Virus record (IMG/VR): IMGVR_UViG_3300028127_000003
Length of the DNA stretch: 64,000 nucleotides
Direction: 5' to 3' (one strand)
Source: a virus
Every line of letters begins with the position of its first letter. Within the stretch, counting starts at the first letter, position 1. Position numbers and translations under genes: made by a program. Positions 26,685-37,700 of the stretch are shown one piece after another. The notes beneath the pieces are model-generated. The model was not told where the DNA came from and did not search any database. It saw nothing but the letters and a program-made list of their open reading frames with translations.

Positions 26685-27380
26685 CTATTCCTCAGTGGCC
26701 GACATCTTTGCTCTAACGAAGTGAGTTAAAAAGTAAGCGTCAACTAAATCGTCAAAGGGTTTTGGTATTTTTTTAGAAGGTCCAATTTCTTTCACACAAA
26801 AATCTAAAAGAGGATGTTCTGCTAAAATTTGATCTCCTAATACATTACTTAAAAAGGCATCCCATAATTGAGACTTATTCATGTTTCCTTTTCCAGCGTG
26901 TTTCTTAATTGTAGTGGGAGCAATGGTTTGAATATCTAAGATTTCAAGTTGACTTAGCATTCTTTCTTTAAGTATCGCAGCTCCTGCAGCCATATCTATA
27001 ATATTATTAGTTCCCATTTTAGAACCGAAAGAAGTTCCTTCAAAAGAAATAATATATTGCTTCTTTGTTTTTGTAATATCCGTTATTAAATTAATAATGT
27101 CATCTGCGGTTTTAGCGTATCTCTTTATCTTTGCTAATTCAACGCTTGAATAATCTTCACCATGTTTTCCCCAGTCAGGTTGATTAATAAGAGTAACTCC
27201 CTTTAAATGAGATATGTCTTCTTGCCAAGCTCTTTCTTTCTTGGTTCCTTGACCTTCTTTAATATAAGATATGAAATGATATTCGTTAGTTTCTTCTTGG
27301 TATATAAAAATACCTGGAGAATTTAATGAAAAGTCTACTGATACGTAATTCAAATTAGAATGATTTTCCGATAGCCGCAC
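26685..27380 (-). CDS. RuvC-like Holliday junction resolvase
   Basis: SVDFSLNSPG, FEG.SFGS, IAPTTIKKHAGKGN.NK and DDLVDAY (RNase H-fold acidic tetrad). Confidence 0.8.
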   Translation of the reverse strand: MRLSENHSNLNYVSVDFSLNSPGIFIYQEETNEYHFISYIKEGQGTKKERAWQEDISHLKGVTLINQPDWGKHGEDYSSVELAKIKRYAKTADDIINLITDITKTKKQYIISFEGTSFGSKMGTNNIIDMAAGAAILKERMLSQLEILDIQTIAPTTIKKHAGKGNMNKSQLWDAFLSNVLGDQILAEHPLLDFCVKEIGPSKKIPKPFDDLVDAYFLTHFVRAKMSATEE

Positions 27381-27723
27381 CTAATCCAGCGCCAACTAAT
27401 CTTGAGGTTAATAAATCGTAAAAAATACCTTTCTGAATTCCTAGAACTTTAGCAACTGTTTTACCAATTGTTTTACCTAGAGCAAATCCTGTAAGGCCAC
27501 CAAATATAGAACCTAAGAAACCTTCATTTGTTAATTCCTCATTAAATCTTTCAAAATCAAACGTTCCATCTTCATTTGCATACTGTCTAGTAAATTCTTC
27601 TAAAGCAGCATCTACTTTTTGCTCTAATTCATCAGTCCATTCTGACTGCAGAGATTCTTCTAAAAGGGTAATTTCCTCTTTAGTTATATTCTCTTCGCTT
27701 AAGTATTCAAAAAATGTTTTCAT
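27355..27723 (-). CDS. Putative head-packaged protein with a C-terminal glycine-zipper hydrophobic segment
   Basis: MKTFFEYLSEE N-terminus; acidic pro-region; LTNE-GFLGSIFGGLTGFALG...GAGLGAAIG. Confidence 0.55.
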   Translation of the reverse strand: MKTFFEYLSEENITKEEITLLEESLQSEWTDELEQKVDAALEEFTRQYANEDGTFDFERFNEELTNEGFLGSIFGGLTGFALGKTIGKTVAKVLGIQKGIFYDLLTSRLVGAGLGAAIGKSF

Positions 27724-27748
27724 TATATTGGTCTATATTGTTATGGAT

Positions 27749-27756
27749 TATATATC
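27749..27756 (-). promoter_or_regulatory. GATATATA motif
   Basis: 26 nt upstream of ATG 27723. Confidence 0.65.
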
Positions 27757-27760
27757 TCGT

Positions 27761-28318
27761 TTATTTACCGTCTATCTCTGAGATAATATTAAACTTATTA
27801 TAATAGAAGTTAAGTGTAAATGTAGAAAAATCAGCAACATTACTTGACATGTTTAACTCTAATTCAGAAATAGAATTAAGAATAGGCTTTTCAAAAACTG
27901 CACTCATTAAATGTATACCTTCTGCATCCATTATTTGAAGTTTTAGATCGTTAATAAAAGGGTCTCTAACTTGTTTTGAATAATAATATAATAAAGTATC
28001 TTGCATTATCCAATAATTAATATACCCGTCTAATAGCTGTAACTCTATAGAGAATTGTCTTTCAACTGTATTTTGAATAGGAATAGACCCTCTATGGTAT
28101 GTGATAGTTCCGTCGTTAGGCGATTGCTGTATTGGATCAAAATTAATTCCAGGTAAACTTAAACCCTGTATTGAATAATTGACAAAATCAATAGGTTCTT
28201 CTATTATGTTGCCTGGCATTTTACCCAAATAAGATCTATATTTGTCAGCTACTTCCTTCGGAATAAATGTCCTAGGAAATTTAAAGTTAAATAAGTTATT
28301 TCTACTATTTAATATCAT
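27761..28318 (-). CDS. Tail-tube-fold protein (gp3/gp19-like terminator or tube paralogue)
   Basis: NF.F...; IQGLSLPGI.F; F.I..QL.DG..NYW.M; F...F.Y pattern of tube-fold proteins. Confidence 0.5.
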   Translation of the reverse strand: MILNSRNNLFNFKFPRTFIPKEVADKYRSYLGKMPGNIIEEPIDFVNYSIQGLSLPGINFDPIQQSPNDGTITYHRGSIPIQNTVERQFSIELQLLDGYINYWIMQDTLLYYYSKQVRDPFINDLKLQIMDAEGIHLMSAVFEKPILNSISELELNMSSNVADFSTFTLNFYYNKFNIISEIDGK

Positions 28319-30375
28319 TATACTATTTCTACTTTTCCATGATACAATAAGGACTCTGTTTCTCCATTCTTTATATTAATATAGAATTTGTCTTCGAACT
28401 TATTTGCATCTGTTTTATCAAATCTTACAGCTGTGCCTTTAGGTATTTTAAAGAATACTTCTCCTAATCCTAAATCTATATTAGGAAATGAAGGATCATG
28501 TACTATTCTCTGTTCTATAGATCCGCTTTTAATAATTAAAATTATATTTTCAGCGCTTACTAATGAAACCGCTTTTTTATCGTCACCATCGGGCTGAGCA
28601 ATATTAAATTTCACGAAGTTATCAGATACTTTAGATAATTTAATGCTAGCTTTACCTTCTTCAAAAAACTTAATGTTATCTAATTCTTCAGATTCTGTTA
28701 AATCTGTTGTAACGTTTGTAGCAGATGCTAATATACCATAAGTATCTAACGCAACTGGAACATATTTAGTTTCTCCAACGCTCGGTCTAATTGAATTAAC
28801 AAATTGATTTAATTCTCTATTTACTGTAGTGTTAGGTAGTTTATTATAGATAATAGTAGGATCTACGTTTCTTAGATTAATCTTTTCCATACGAGTACCG
28901 TATTTCTTAGGATTATATGATGTCATAGTAGCAACCTTAATAATCTGTGTATTATCGGTTTCATTATACATTCTCATAGTATGTCTAATATAAAATGAAC
29001 TTGCAATATCAGAATTAAATATGATAGGTCTAAATGGTATCGGAGCTTCATAATTTGCGGTTTGAGTAAATGTCATAGAAGATGTGTCTAAGAAATCTAA
29101 ACCTATTTGTTCACTAACTTCTATGTCATGGAATATTATGATATCATCACTTGATGTTTGTATTCTTCCATTTATATAGTTTTCAAAACCTTGCCTAGAT
29201 CCGTCCTTGGTCCCATATATTTGAAAATAATCCATATCTTCTACTTCCTCGACGTTTGCTGCAATATCTACATATTCGTCTTCCATTGCGACTGTAACAT
29301 CAATAGTGTCTTCTACATTGATGTATTCTACATCTCCTTCTTCAGTTAAAGTGTTTATTAATTTTAAACTTATTTCATAGTTAGTAGAATCTAATATTGC
29401 ATCTTCGTTTTCTCCAAAGAATGCATCGTGAAAATCTTTATTCTTAGTTGAAACATCAAAATAAATTAAAGAAGGTACTTTAATTTGTATGTATTTAGAA
29501 TATGAAGTATCTCCTAATACAAATGAATTAGGATTACTAATTTCAAAATTAGAATGATTTAAATACACAATAGATGTGAAATAATTATAGACTCCTGATT
29601 CTCTTTTTGCTTTTACCTGAAACATAAAACCTTCTTTACCTCTAGCTGCAAATGAAAATCCTGTCTTTAAGTGTAATCTTATAGTGTCATACCATACATC
29701 ACTTACTATACTATCATCTACGTTTGCAAGAGAAGAGTCTGTTCCATTCCATGATGAACTATCTAAATATGCTAAATCATTTTTTAGTAAAGCCCATTTG
29801 CCATCATATTCTGAAGGAACTCCATAATATCTTCCAACTTCACCTGTTGCAGTTTTAATACTATTTCCAGTTTCTTGTTCTGGTTCTGCAAATAAAGGAT
29901 TAGCTCTATTTCCTACGTTTATTTCTCCACCTCTAGCACTATCTCCAGCCATATTTTCATATGAATATTCAAATCTTCCATTAGTTCCTGGAGTATATAT
30001 GTATGTGTTACCAATTAATTGGGTAGTTGAACCATCTATTGTGAATCCAGCTATATTGTCTATCGTAGAATCAGATAGGTTAAATTTATAAGTTTTGCCG
30101 TTTTTAAGAACTAATTGCCTAGACGCAAAATCATTAATAAAAACATAACCATCTTGTATCTTTACACTGAAGTTAACAACATCTGCTCCTAATTCATGAA
30201 TTAAGAATCTAGAGGCTGAATCGTTAGATGCCTCTGTGTTTAAAAATTTAAATTGACTTCCGTTGTCGTCGTTTTCTATCTTAGCATCATCTACATAATC
30301 AACATTTTGATCATGATACATGAACTCCATTAGAATGTCGTCATCTAGTCTTAAGAATTTGGATGATTGTGCCAT
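28318..30375 (-). CDS. Virion structural protein, unknown function (685 aa)
   Basis: Beta-rich sequence in the structural gene block. Confidence 0.5.
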   Translation of the reverse strand: MAQSSKFLRLDDDILMEFMYHDQNVDYVDDAKIENDDNGSQFKFLNTEASNDSASRFLIHELGADVVNFSVKIQDGYVFINDFASRQLVLKNGKTYKFNLSDSTIDNIAGFTIDGSTTQLIGNTYIYTPGTNGRFEYSYENMAGDSARGGEINVGNRANPLFAEPEQETGNSIKTATGEVGRYYGVPSEYDGKWALLKNDLAYLDSSSWNGTDSSLANVDDSIVSDVWYDTIRLHLKTGFSFAARGKEGFMFQVKAKRESGVYNYFTSIVYLNHSNFEISNPNSFVLGDTSYSKYIQIKVPSLIYFDVSTKNKDFHDAFFGENEDAILDSTNYEISLKLINTLTEEGDVEYINVEDTIDVTVAMEDEYVDIAANVEEVEDMDYFQIYGTKDGSRQGFENYINGRIQTSSDDIIIFHDIEVSEQIGLDFLDTSSMTFTQTANYEAPIPFRPIIFNSDIASSFYIRHTMRMYNETDNTQIIKVATMTSYNPKKYGTRMEKINLRNVDPTIIYNKLPNTTVNRELNQFVNSIRPSVGETKYVPVALDTYGILASATNVTTDLTESEELDNIKFFEEGKASIKLSKVSDNFVKFNIAQPDGDDKKAVSLVSAENIILIIKSGSIEQRIVHDPSFPNIDLGLGEVFFKIPKGTAVRFDKTDANKFEDKFYINIKNGETESLLYHGKVEIV

Positions 30376-30390
30376 TGTTTATTTATTATT

Positions 30391-31212
30391 TTAAAATCTA
30401 AGAAATTTAGGGGACCAGTATACTCCTATACCAATTGATGGACCAGTACTTATAACTTGATTGTTATTCAAGTTAAGTCCATATTGAAATCCAACACCAA
30501 TAGACCACCCTGCTTTTTTCTCATATTTATTATTTAATCTATCGTTAACTAAGTTTATATTTTCTATATTAGTGAACGTTACTCCTTTATATGGAGTTGT
30601 AATTTTAAGTCTGTCAAATCCTTCTTCATTAATGATGGCAGCACTTAAACCTATTCCCTGTATAATATCAAATCTAGAAGAGAATAAATTATAATTAGTG
30701 CTATCCTTTAAAAGAGATATACTTCCTTGAAATCTTCTCCAGTTATATTTATCAAACTCCCACTTATCGTTTACGTCAACTGTTATCGTATCTATATTAT
30801 TTATAGAATCCGTATCAACGGTTACAACTCCATTTGCGTTTATTATAGAATCTTTTACGTTTAAAGTTGTTGAAAGTAAACTATTAACATTCTCTAATTC
30901 GTTATTAATATTTAATTGATTAGCATATTTAGAAACTAGTTTCTTATTACTTTCAGTTAGGGTGTTTACATCATACTCAAAGGATCTTATACTAGAAACT
31001 AATTCTTTATTTTTATTCTTTTCAATTATAATAGTATCTTGCGTGGCTTTATAGTTATTAAGGTTTCTATCAGATACCTTCTGAACTTGTATAATTTCTC
31101 TTTTTAAGTTTTGGTTAGAGTTACATTGTTGTAAAAGACAAAACAACAAAATCGCAAGTCCTCCGAAAAGAATTACGTTTTTGTAAAGTTTATATGTGTT
31201 TATTATATTCAT
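30391..31212 (-). CDS. Membrane-anchored coiled-coil protein, possibly spanin-like
   Basis: N-terminal TM segment ending LLQQC, coiled-coil, and C-terminal amphipathic beta pair WSIGVGFQYG..GPSIGIGVYW. Confidence 0.35.
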   Translation of the reverse strand: MNIINTYKLYKNVILFGGLAILLFCLLQQCNSNQNLKREIIQVQKVSDRNLNNYKATQDTIIIEKNKNKELVSSIRSFEYDVNTLTESNKKLVSKYANQLNINNELENVNSLLSTTLNVKDSIINANGVVTVDTDSINNIDTITVDVNDKWEFDKYNWRRFQGSISLLKDSTNYNLFSSRFDIIQGIGLSAAIINEEGFDRLKITTPYKGVTFTNIENINLVNDRLNNKYEKKAGWSIGVGFQYGLNLNNNQVISTGPSIGIGVYWSPKFLRF

Positions 31213-31221
31213 ATCTTTATT

Positions 31222-34200
31222 TTAATCACATCTCAGCATTCCTCCTAGGGAAACCGATGCACCGGAACTTGGAGTTGTTATTATTACACTACCGATCGCT
31301 GCACAGAATGTTTGTGAAGGTCCATTTACCAGGATCGTATCAAACTGTATAACACCGTTACAATCTTCATAAGAGTAAAGTGATGAGGAATTAGTCCCGG
31401 CTGTCACCACATGTGACTCACATAGACTAGGGCATGTAGCTGTTGTTAAAGAACCAGTATACGTAATTTGCGTAGAATTACCCGCTGAATGCTGTATTAC
31501 AAGATCGTTAGTGGTATATCCCATGCCTAATTGCGAACATGCTGTCACTGATTGGATATCAATTGTTCCTATTCCAGTATTAATGTTAGGTGGATTTACG
31601 GTTGCAGTATACCTAGTTCCATTTCCAGTGTTTTGGGAAGTACCTGAAATTACAATAGGAGTTTGAGTAGCATCGTTTGTTATATACTGTACCTGGTCGC
31701 TACCGTTTCCCGCTCCAAAGGAATAATCATCCAAATTAAAGGTAGACCCTCCTTGTATTTGAAGTGCTGAAGTAGGTGGATTATAGTTCTGTACGCACAC
31801 TGATGGATCGTATCCCATTCCAGCCGGCTGTCTATTCCATGCTGAAGAACTGTAATCCGGACTTCCACCGCCATTATATATACCGTTGTCAGTGTCAGGA
31901 TCTAAATAATCTTCGGTTCCATCTTGTATCTTATCACTCCACCATGCAGTTCTAAATTTAATAGTAGAACCAGGATTATTATCTAAATAAGAATATATGT
32001 CGTTTGAAACTGAAGGTGATACTAGGATTTTAAATTCAACCCTCTGATATCTTCTAAATTCAGTATCATTCTGTCCAGTATACCAATAATCCCAATCTTC
32101 TCCAGATAATACACCTGTCCCTGGGTTTTCCCATCCTCCGCTATACATCTTTTCTATGGTACCACCGGGACCGCTTATTGTCGGACCAACTTGTGTACCT
32201 ATTGTTGCAGCCGTATTCCAGTGATTAGTACCCTCTGTATAGTTATATGGCATTGAATATTGTGGAAAGTCAGTTGTCGGGTCTATTGTTAAACTATCAT
32301 AGAGGTCTTCTATTATACCTTTGTTCCATCTTGTAATTATAGGAACTTGAACCATCGCAACAGTTTGACCTATATCATTATAAATGTCTAAAAAGACCTC
32401 TGCTGGCCATGTCCATCTTCCCTGTTGATCATATAATTCTCCGCTTGTTAATGCGTTTGCTGTGGTAGAATTAGCCTGCTCATAAAGTGAAGGCCATACG
32501 GGCTCAAATTGACCAGGGCTTCCCGATATTGGACGTACTATTGCGCCGTCTGATGTATTAGTAGCCCAATCGCCATATCCTCCTCTACCTCCTGTTAGTG
32601 TTAAACTAAATCTGTTGTTCGGCGGAGGAGCAGAATTAGAAGGACTGTTTGATTGATTCATAGGACTATAGTGCCAACTCTCTTCTTCAGGATCTTCTAC
32701 TTTAGGCAATCTATAAAAATAACGAGGAGTACCATACCAGCTATTTCCTCCTTTTTCCCATGAGCTTCCAGTTGCAACTATATGTGCAGATGGATCTGTT
32801 ATATTTAAAGCCACCGGATCTATTCCCATACTGGACTGTCCGGGAGAAACTGTATAAAAGTTGTTTTGATAACTAAAAATCTGACCTTCGTAATATGAAC
32901 TAGTTGAACTTGGATTAAATTCTCCTACGTAATTCCATGCAGATGTAGTAGATGTATTTCCATTCCATCTTTCTGACCAGTCAGTAAACCATGAATAAGA
33001 TTCTGCTTCTCTTTCAGTATTGCAATTAGGTGGTGATTCTGGAGAAGGATTTGATGACCATGAGGTATCTTTACCTCTAGCTGTTAATCTTAAGTCAAAT
33101 ATATTAACTTGGCCGTATTCGAGTTGAACATCTGACGTACTTCCTGCTGACCATGTTCCTGTTGTAGTATTTTTAATTTCTCTACCTGCTGATTGAAGTG
33201 GCTGTCCAACGATAATCGAATTACCTTGATATCCATTAGCATCTACTAAATTTATTTCTCTCCATCTATCTGCTCCTGCTTCATCTGGTGAATTAGGAAA
33301 TACTGCATCGTTATATGTTGTGCTATTGTTATCTAATAATTTAGAATACATGGCAGGGAATGTAAGAGGAGCAGGGCCTGTAACATTATAATATAAATCA
33401 GATGCTCCTAAATATATTAATTGAGGAGTTTTAACAACCGCATACTCAGTTGTTGCATAATTAGAATTAGTTGAAGTCTCACTTACCCATGCCTCTGTAG
33501 AATCAACAGTTATATCATATTCAATTGAATTCGCGTCTTGAGAGAAAGTAAATAGACCTCCTCCTATAAAATTAGGTCTTGATGCACCACTTAGTGATGT
33601 TATTTGGCCTACGTTTGTTGTAAAATTAAATGAAAAGGAATTTAAATTAGGAACAGTGTAGTTTATATTACTATTTTTCCAAGTTTGACCATTACATAAA
33701 TACCATCCCTCATATTGCGTACCTGCAACTCCTCTTCCAACTACAATATCTATCGTACTTGGATCACTATTTAAATTTATTGTTTGATTCTGTGTAAAGT
33801 TACTAACATCAATATATGTGTCATAATGAAAAGATATTATTGTTCCTATGGGAACACTTGCACCTATTTCAGATGCTTCCTTAAAACCTATCGTTCCAGT
33901 ATTGTCTAATGCCACCGCAATCTTATCTACATCTGGGTTAGTGTTAGTTGTTCCACCTACGTAAGAGTTATTAATTTTAAAAATACTACCTGTAAATATT
34001 GCATCGTTAGTAGAAAGAAATGATCCTGTAAATTTTACACCGTTAATAGCGTCCATTGACATCATCTCATTATCATTGACATCGTTGATTATGTACGTAT
34101 CTGCATTCCATCTATATTCTCCTGCCGCTACACTAGATGCAAATTTAAATTCTAGAACAGACTGTTCGCCAATTGAACTTAAAGCAGGATAATTAGTCAA

Positions 34201-34704
34201 TGCTATGTCTAAATACTTATCTGTTCCTTTTTCAGATATTAATCTAATGTTAGAATCATGATAATTTGAATTCTTATTAATTAATAAAACGCTATTTAGA
34301 TACCCCGATATTAAATTTAAATCATTATACTCATCATCATTACTTGCATAACCTAATAATACGTTAGTTGGAGGGAAATTCACCTGTGTTGCTGGACCTG
34401 CCAGCTCATGTTCAGGTACTATAGTTTTAATATTAAGAGCTCCATTGTACCATATTGCTCCGTCTTTCCATTTTGAATTATTAGAAGCGTCAGCAGGTCC
34501 TTGAAAACCCTGAGGACCGTCAATACCCTGAGGACCATCGTCACCAGTTGCACCCTGAAATCCCGTTTCACCAATAGAACCAGTGGCTCCCATTGGTCCA
34601 CCGCCATTAGCAACTAACTGATCAAAGTTATAATTAACTTTATCCAGTTTTTCCTGTTGTGTATCAGATTGTAGAATCTGCTTTAAATTAATAGGTATTG
34701 GCAT
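31222..34704 (-). CDS. Tail fibre with collagen-like segment and tail-collar domain
   Basis: KVNYNFDQL anchor, Gly-X-Y run GPMGATGSIGETGFQGATGDDGPQGIDGPQGFQGPA, PIGTII and GWYLCNGQ..VPNL collar motif. Confidence 0.75.
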   Translation of the reverse strand: MPIPINLKQILQSDTQQEKLDKVNYNFDQLVANGGGPMGATGSIGETGFQGATGDDGPQGIDGPQGFQGPADASNNSKWKDGAIWYNGALNIKTIVPEHELAGPATQVNFPPTNVLLGYASNDDEYNDLNLISGYLNSVLLINKNSNYHDSNIRLISEKGTDKYLDIALTNYPALSSIGEQSVLEFKFASSVAAGEYRWNADTYIINDVNDNEMMSMDAINGVKFTGSFLSTNDAIFTGSIFKINNSYVGGTTNTNPDVDKIAVALDNTGTIGFKEASEIGASVPIGTIISFHYDTYIDVSNFTQNQTINLNSDPSTIDIVVGRGVAGTQYEGWYLCNGQTWKNSNINYTVPNLNSFSFNFTTNVGQITSLSGASRPNFIGGGLFTFSQDANSIEYDITVDSTEAWVSETSTNSNYATTEYAVVKTPQLIYLGASDLYYNVTGPAPLTFPAMYSKLLDNNSTTYNDAVFPNSPDEAGADRWREINLVDANGYQGNSIIVGQPLQSAGREIKNTTTGTWSAGSTSDVQLEYGQVNIFDLRLTARGKDTSWSSNPSPESPPNCNTEREAESYSWFTDWSERWNGNTSTTSAWNYVGEFNPSSTSSYYEGQIFSYQNNFYTVSPGQSSMGIDPVALNITDPSAHIVATGSSWEKGGNSWYGTPRYFYRLPKVEDPEEESWHYSPMNQSNSPSNSAPPPNNRFSLTLTGGRGGYGDWATNTSDGAIVRPISGSPGQFEPVWPSLYEQANSTTANALTSGELYDQQGRWTWPAEVFLDIYNDIGQTVAMVQVPIITRWNKGIIEDLYDSLTIDPTTDFPQYSMPYNYTEGTNHWNTAATIGTQVGPTISGPGGTIEKMYSGGWENPGTGVLSGEDWDYWYTGQNDTEFRRYQRVEFKILVSPSVSNDIYSYLDNNPGSTIKFRTAWWSDKIQDGTEDYLDPDTDNGIYNGGGSPDYSSSAWNRQPAGMGYDPSVCVQNYNPPTSALQIQGGSTFNLDDYSFGAGNGSDQVQYITNDATQTPIVISGTSQNTGNGTRYTATVNPPNINTGIGTIDIQSVTACSQLGMGYTTNDLVIQHSAGNSTQITYTGSLTTATCPSLCESHVVTAGTNSSSLYSYEDCNGVIQFDTILVNGPSQTFCAAIGSVIITTPSSGASVSLGGMLRCD
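34492..34605 (-). repeat. Collagen-like Gly-X-Y repeat (fibre 1), approximate limits
   Basis: About 12 consecutive GXY triplets. Confidence 0.8.
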
Positions 34705-34727
34705 TACTTAAATCTTTATTTATTTAG

Positions 34728-34735
34728 TATATATC
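34728..34735 (-). promoter_or_regulatory. GATATATA motif
   Basis: 24 nt upstream of ATG 34704. Confidence 0.65.
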
Positions 34736-34756
34736 TTTAATTTCTAGAACTAATTA

Positions 34757-37700
34757 TTACTGGACCTTTTCCTCTAGCTCTTCAACATTATGGCATAAAA
34801 TACCGTCTGCAATATAAACATCTTCATTTTCAACATCAATAGAATATGTGTTAACCGTTTTGTGAATAGTTTCATTAGAGTTAACTCTTGTCCATTTTTC
34901 ATTAACATATATCATGTCGGTCGTATCAATATAAAGAGCCTGTTTAAAGAATATTTCTCCATCTGGTCTTTTTATTAATATAGGGTGTTCGTTTGTTATT
35001 TTAGTTAATCCGTTATTAATATCTTGATAGTTCTTATAAGTTCCTTTTATTATTCTGACTATTTTAGCAGATGACTTAGGAGCCCTGAATTCCATCGCAT
35101 TAGTTTTAAAATTTCTCCATTCACCACTATCGCTTAATCCTTTTATATCAAACGAATCTAATACATCTCCTACTTTTAAGTTTTCAACTAATTTAGTAGT
35201 TCCATTTGCCATACTAATTACAGTACCTTCAACGTGACATGGATCAATGGAAATTCCTATAGTAGTATCGCTAGCGAGTTCATTCAATGTACCACTATAA
35301 TCAAAATCTAAGTCCAATATTTCACTAGGCTCTTCTATTGGCGTCATGATACTTAGTGATACATAATTGTCACCTGGGTTGAAACTTACACTAGCCCAAT
35401 TCATGCTGTTGCTAGGATCCTCTATAGTAAAATTAGAAGAACTAAGCTGGGATGGAGATATGCCACTAAGCGTAAAATAAACATTTCCATTACCTCCTCC
35501 ACCGAAATAATTAAGTGTATTATTGGTATTTCCGTCATCCCAGTCAAATATAACACCGGATGGACTTCCTCCCGAGCATTCTGTCGGATTAGTGGCAGTT
35601 GCTTGACTATTTGAATCAATAGCTTTATAATGTTCACCTGTATATCCTGATGTACCAGAGTCTCCAGTCCAGTCGGCTATTTTTATCGAGATGTTTGTTC
35701 CTGGAATAAAGGTATCTGATTTTAATAATGTAAGTGGATATTTTCCAAGATTAGCGATTGAACTATAAAGAACTGTGTTAGAACTCTGGTCTTGTCTTAC
35801 GTATATTTGGTTTGACAACCATGACGAAACTCTACCTTCATTCTCGGCATTTGAATTAGATGCACCTAAATTCGTTACGCGCCATGATCCAGGGTTTTCT
35901 CCTAATTCAAACATATCAGAAGAATAAAATATATCATTACCTGAAGTTGCATCACATGCCGTAGTAGCACCTATTCCAAGAGAAAGGTCTCCACTCGACC
36001 ATTGTACAAATCTAGATTTTATAACATCTCCTTTAAATTCATTATCATTTGCTGACCAATATTTTCTCCATGCCATATATAATCCAGAATCTATTGTTAA
36101 CATACCACCGAAGCCAAAATTAACCAGATACGTATCCGTATTTGGTACACTCCTATACCAACCATCAGTTAATTGATCTATGGTATTATTTCCATCATTA
36201 CGTTTCCATATATGTGAAGTATTTTCATAATCTTTAAAATCACTAGAAGATCCCACGACATCTGGATGATTGTCTATTTTATTAGAAATAAATACTTTTT
36301 CCAAAGAAGTGCCGGCTGGCCATCCAGTAAACCCGGTTACATCTGCCTCTGTCATTGTTACAGGAGGGAGCAGTCCGTTATTAGAAATACCAATGCTAGA
36401 ATACGTACCGTCAACTCCATTTACACTTTCAGAATACATCATCCAGCATTCTTTAGGCTCTGTTTCTAAAGCGTCATCTGAAGATATCCCAACACCATTA
36501 ATATATTTTCTTGCATAGCCCCATCCATTCTGTCCACCAGATTCTCTAGCTAACCATCCGTCTGCTAATTCCTGTCCGTTTGAATAGCATCTTACATTAC
36601 CATTTGCAAAATTATTATCGTTATTCCAATAAGCATCTAATTGAGCTCCATCACTTGGAGCACCGTCTGCCGTCCATTGTATTGTTTCTGGGTTTAATGT
36701 AGTTGCATATTGCATTGCAATATCTATGTTAGTGCTGTACGTGCCTGGTGCGATAGTATTTGAATCCATAGATCCTGTCATCGCGTGATATTGTAATTGT
36801 ATATTAGAAGAGCTGGTAGAGGCGGCGGCCGTACTCCACTTATAATCATATTCTTTCAAATAAATTATACTAATTTGTTCTCCCATTATGATATGCTCAG
36901 AAGGCGCAAACTGTATATTTTCATTGTCATATATTCTTACATCTTCTGTACTATTATCAAAAGAATGTGATATGACATTAGGGTTTAATCCAGAACCATC
37001 GAGACCCAATGCACTAACTCCTCCTGAAAAAAGTATATTACCATTATATGTGGCTAAGCTACCTCCACTTGTACTGCCTGATAAATCTCCCGTTAAACCT
37101 GCTATATTAGTAATAGCCCAGTCAAACCCGTTTAAGTTAGGTGTATCGTATGCTACGATTCCTCCATCACCCCATGTTTCTCCATTACATAAGTACCATC
37201 CTGCATAAAGCCCGGTTGGTTTACCTGATCCGAAGTTTGTTTTAATTACTTCATCTCCGTCTACAATTAACATAGGCCCTGTCTCGGCATCCGATAGATT
37301 AAAGTTCTCTTCACCAAAGAAGGTATCACTGGGTATTCTTATTATAGATCCCACGGGGAATACTTGAAACATGTTAAAAACATCTTCCCATTCAACTCTT
37401 CCCTGTGTGTCGTGTGATTTTAGTAATTTATTTAAACTTGGAGAGTGATTAGAATACTTTATCTCCCCTACTTTAAATTCTATTACACTACCCGGCGAGG
37501 TTGCATCTACATTAAGTTCATACGGAATTACGGATTCGGCACCTAATACGTTTTGAATGGTTCCATTAAAATAAAACCTATTGTCTCTATCAAATTTTAT
37601 AGCAAATTTATTATTTACGTGATCAGCATTGATATCCGGAGTAAATGTTAAAACAGGAAATTCAATATTATTACTATCTTCTTCTATTTTTAATCCAATA

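Noticed and set aside
34787-35239. Mobile, splicing intein in the tail fibre
   Set aside because: No homing endonuclease, the +1 residue is Val and the C-extein is only 9 aa; treated as a cleavage-type Hint domain instead.
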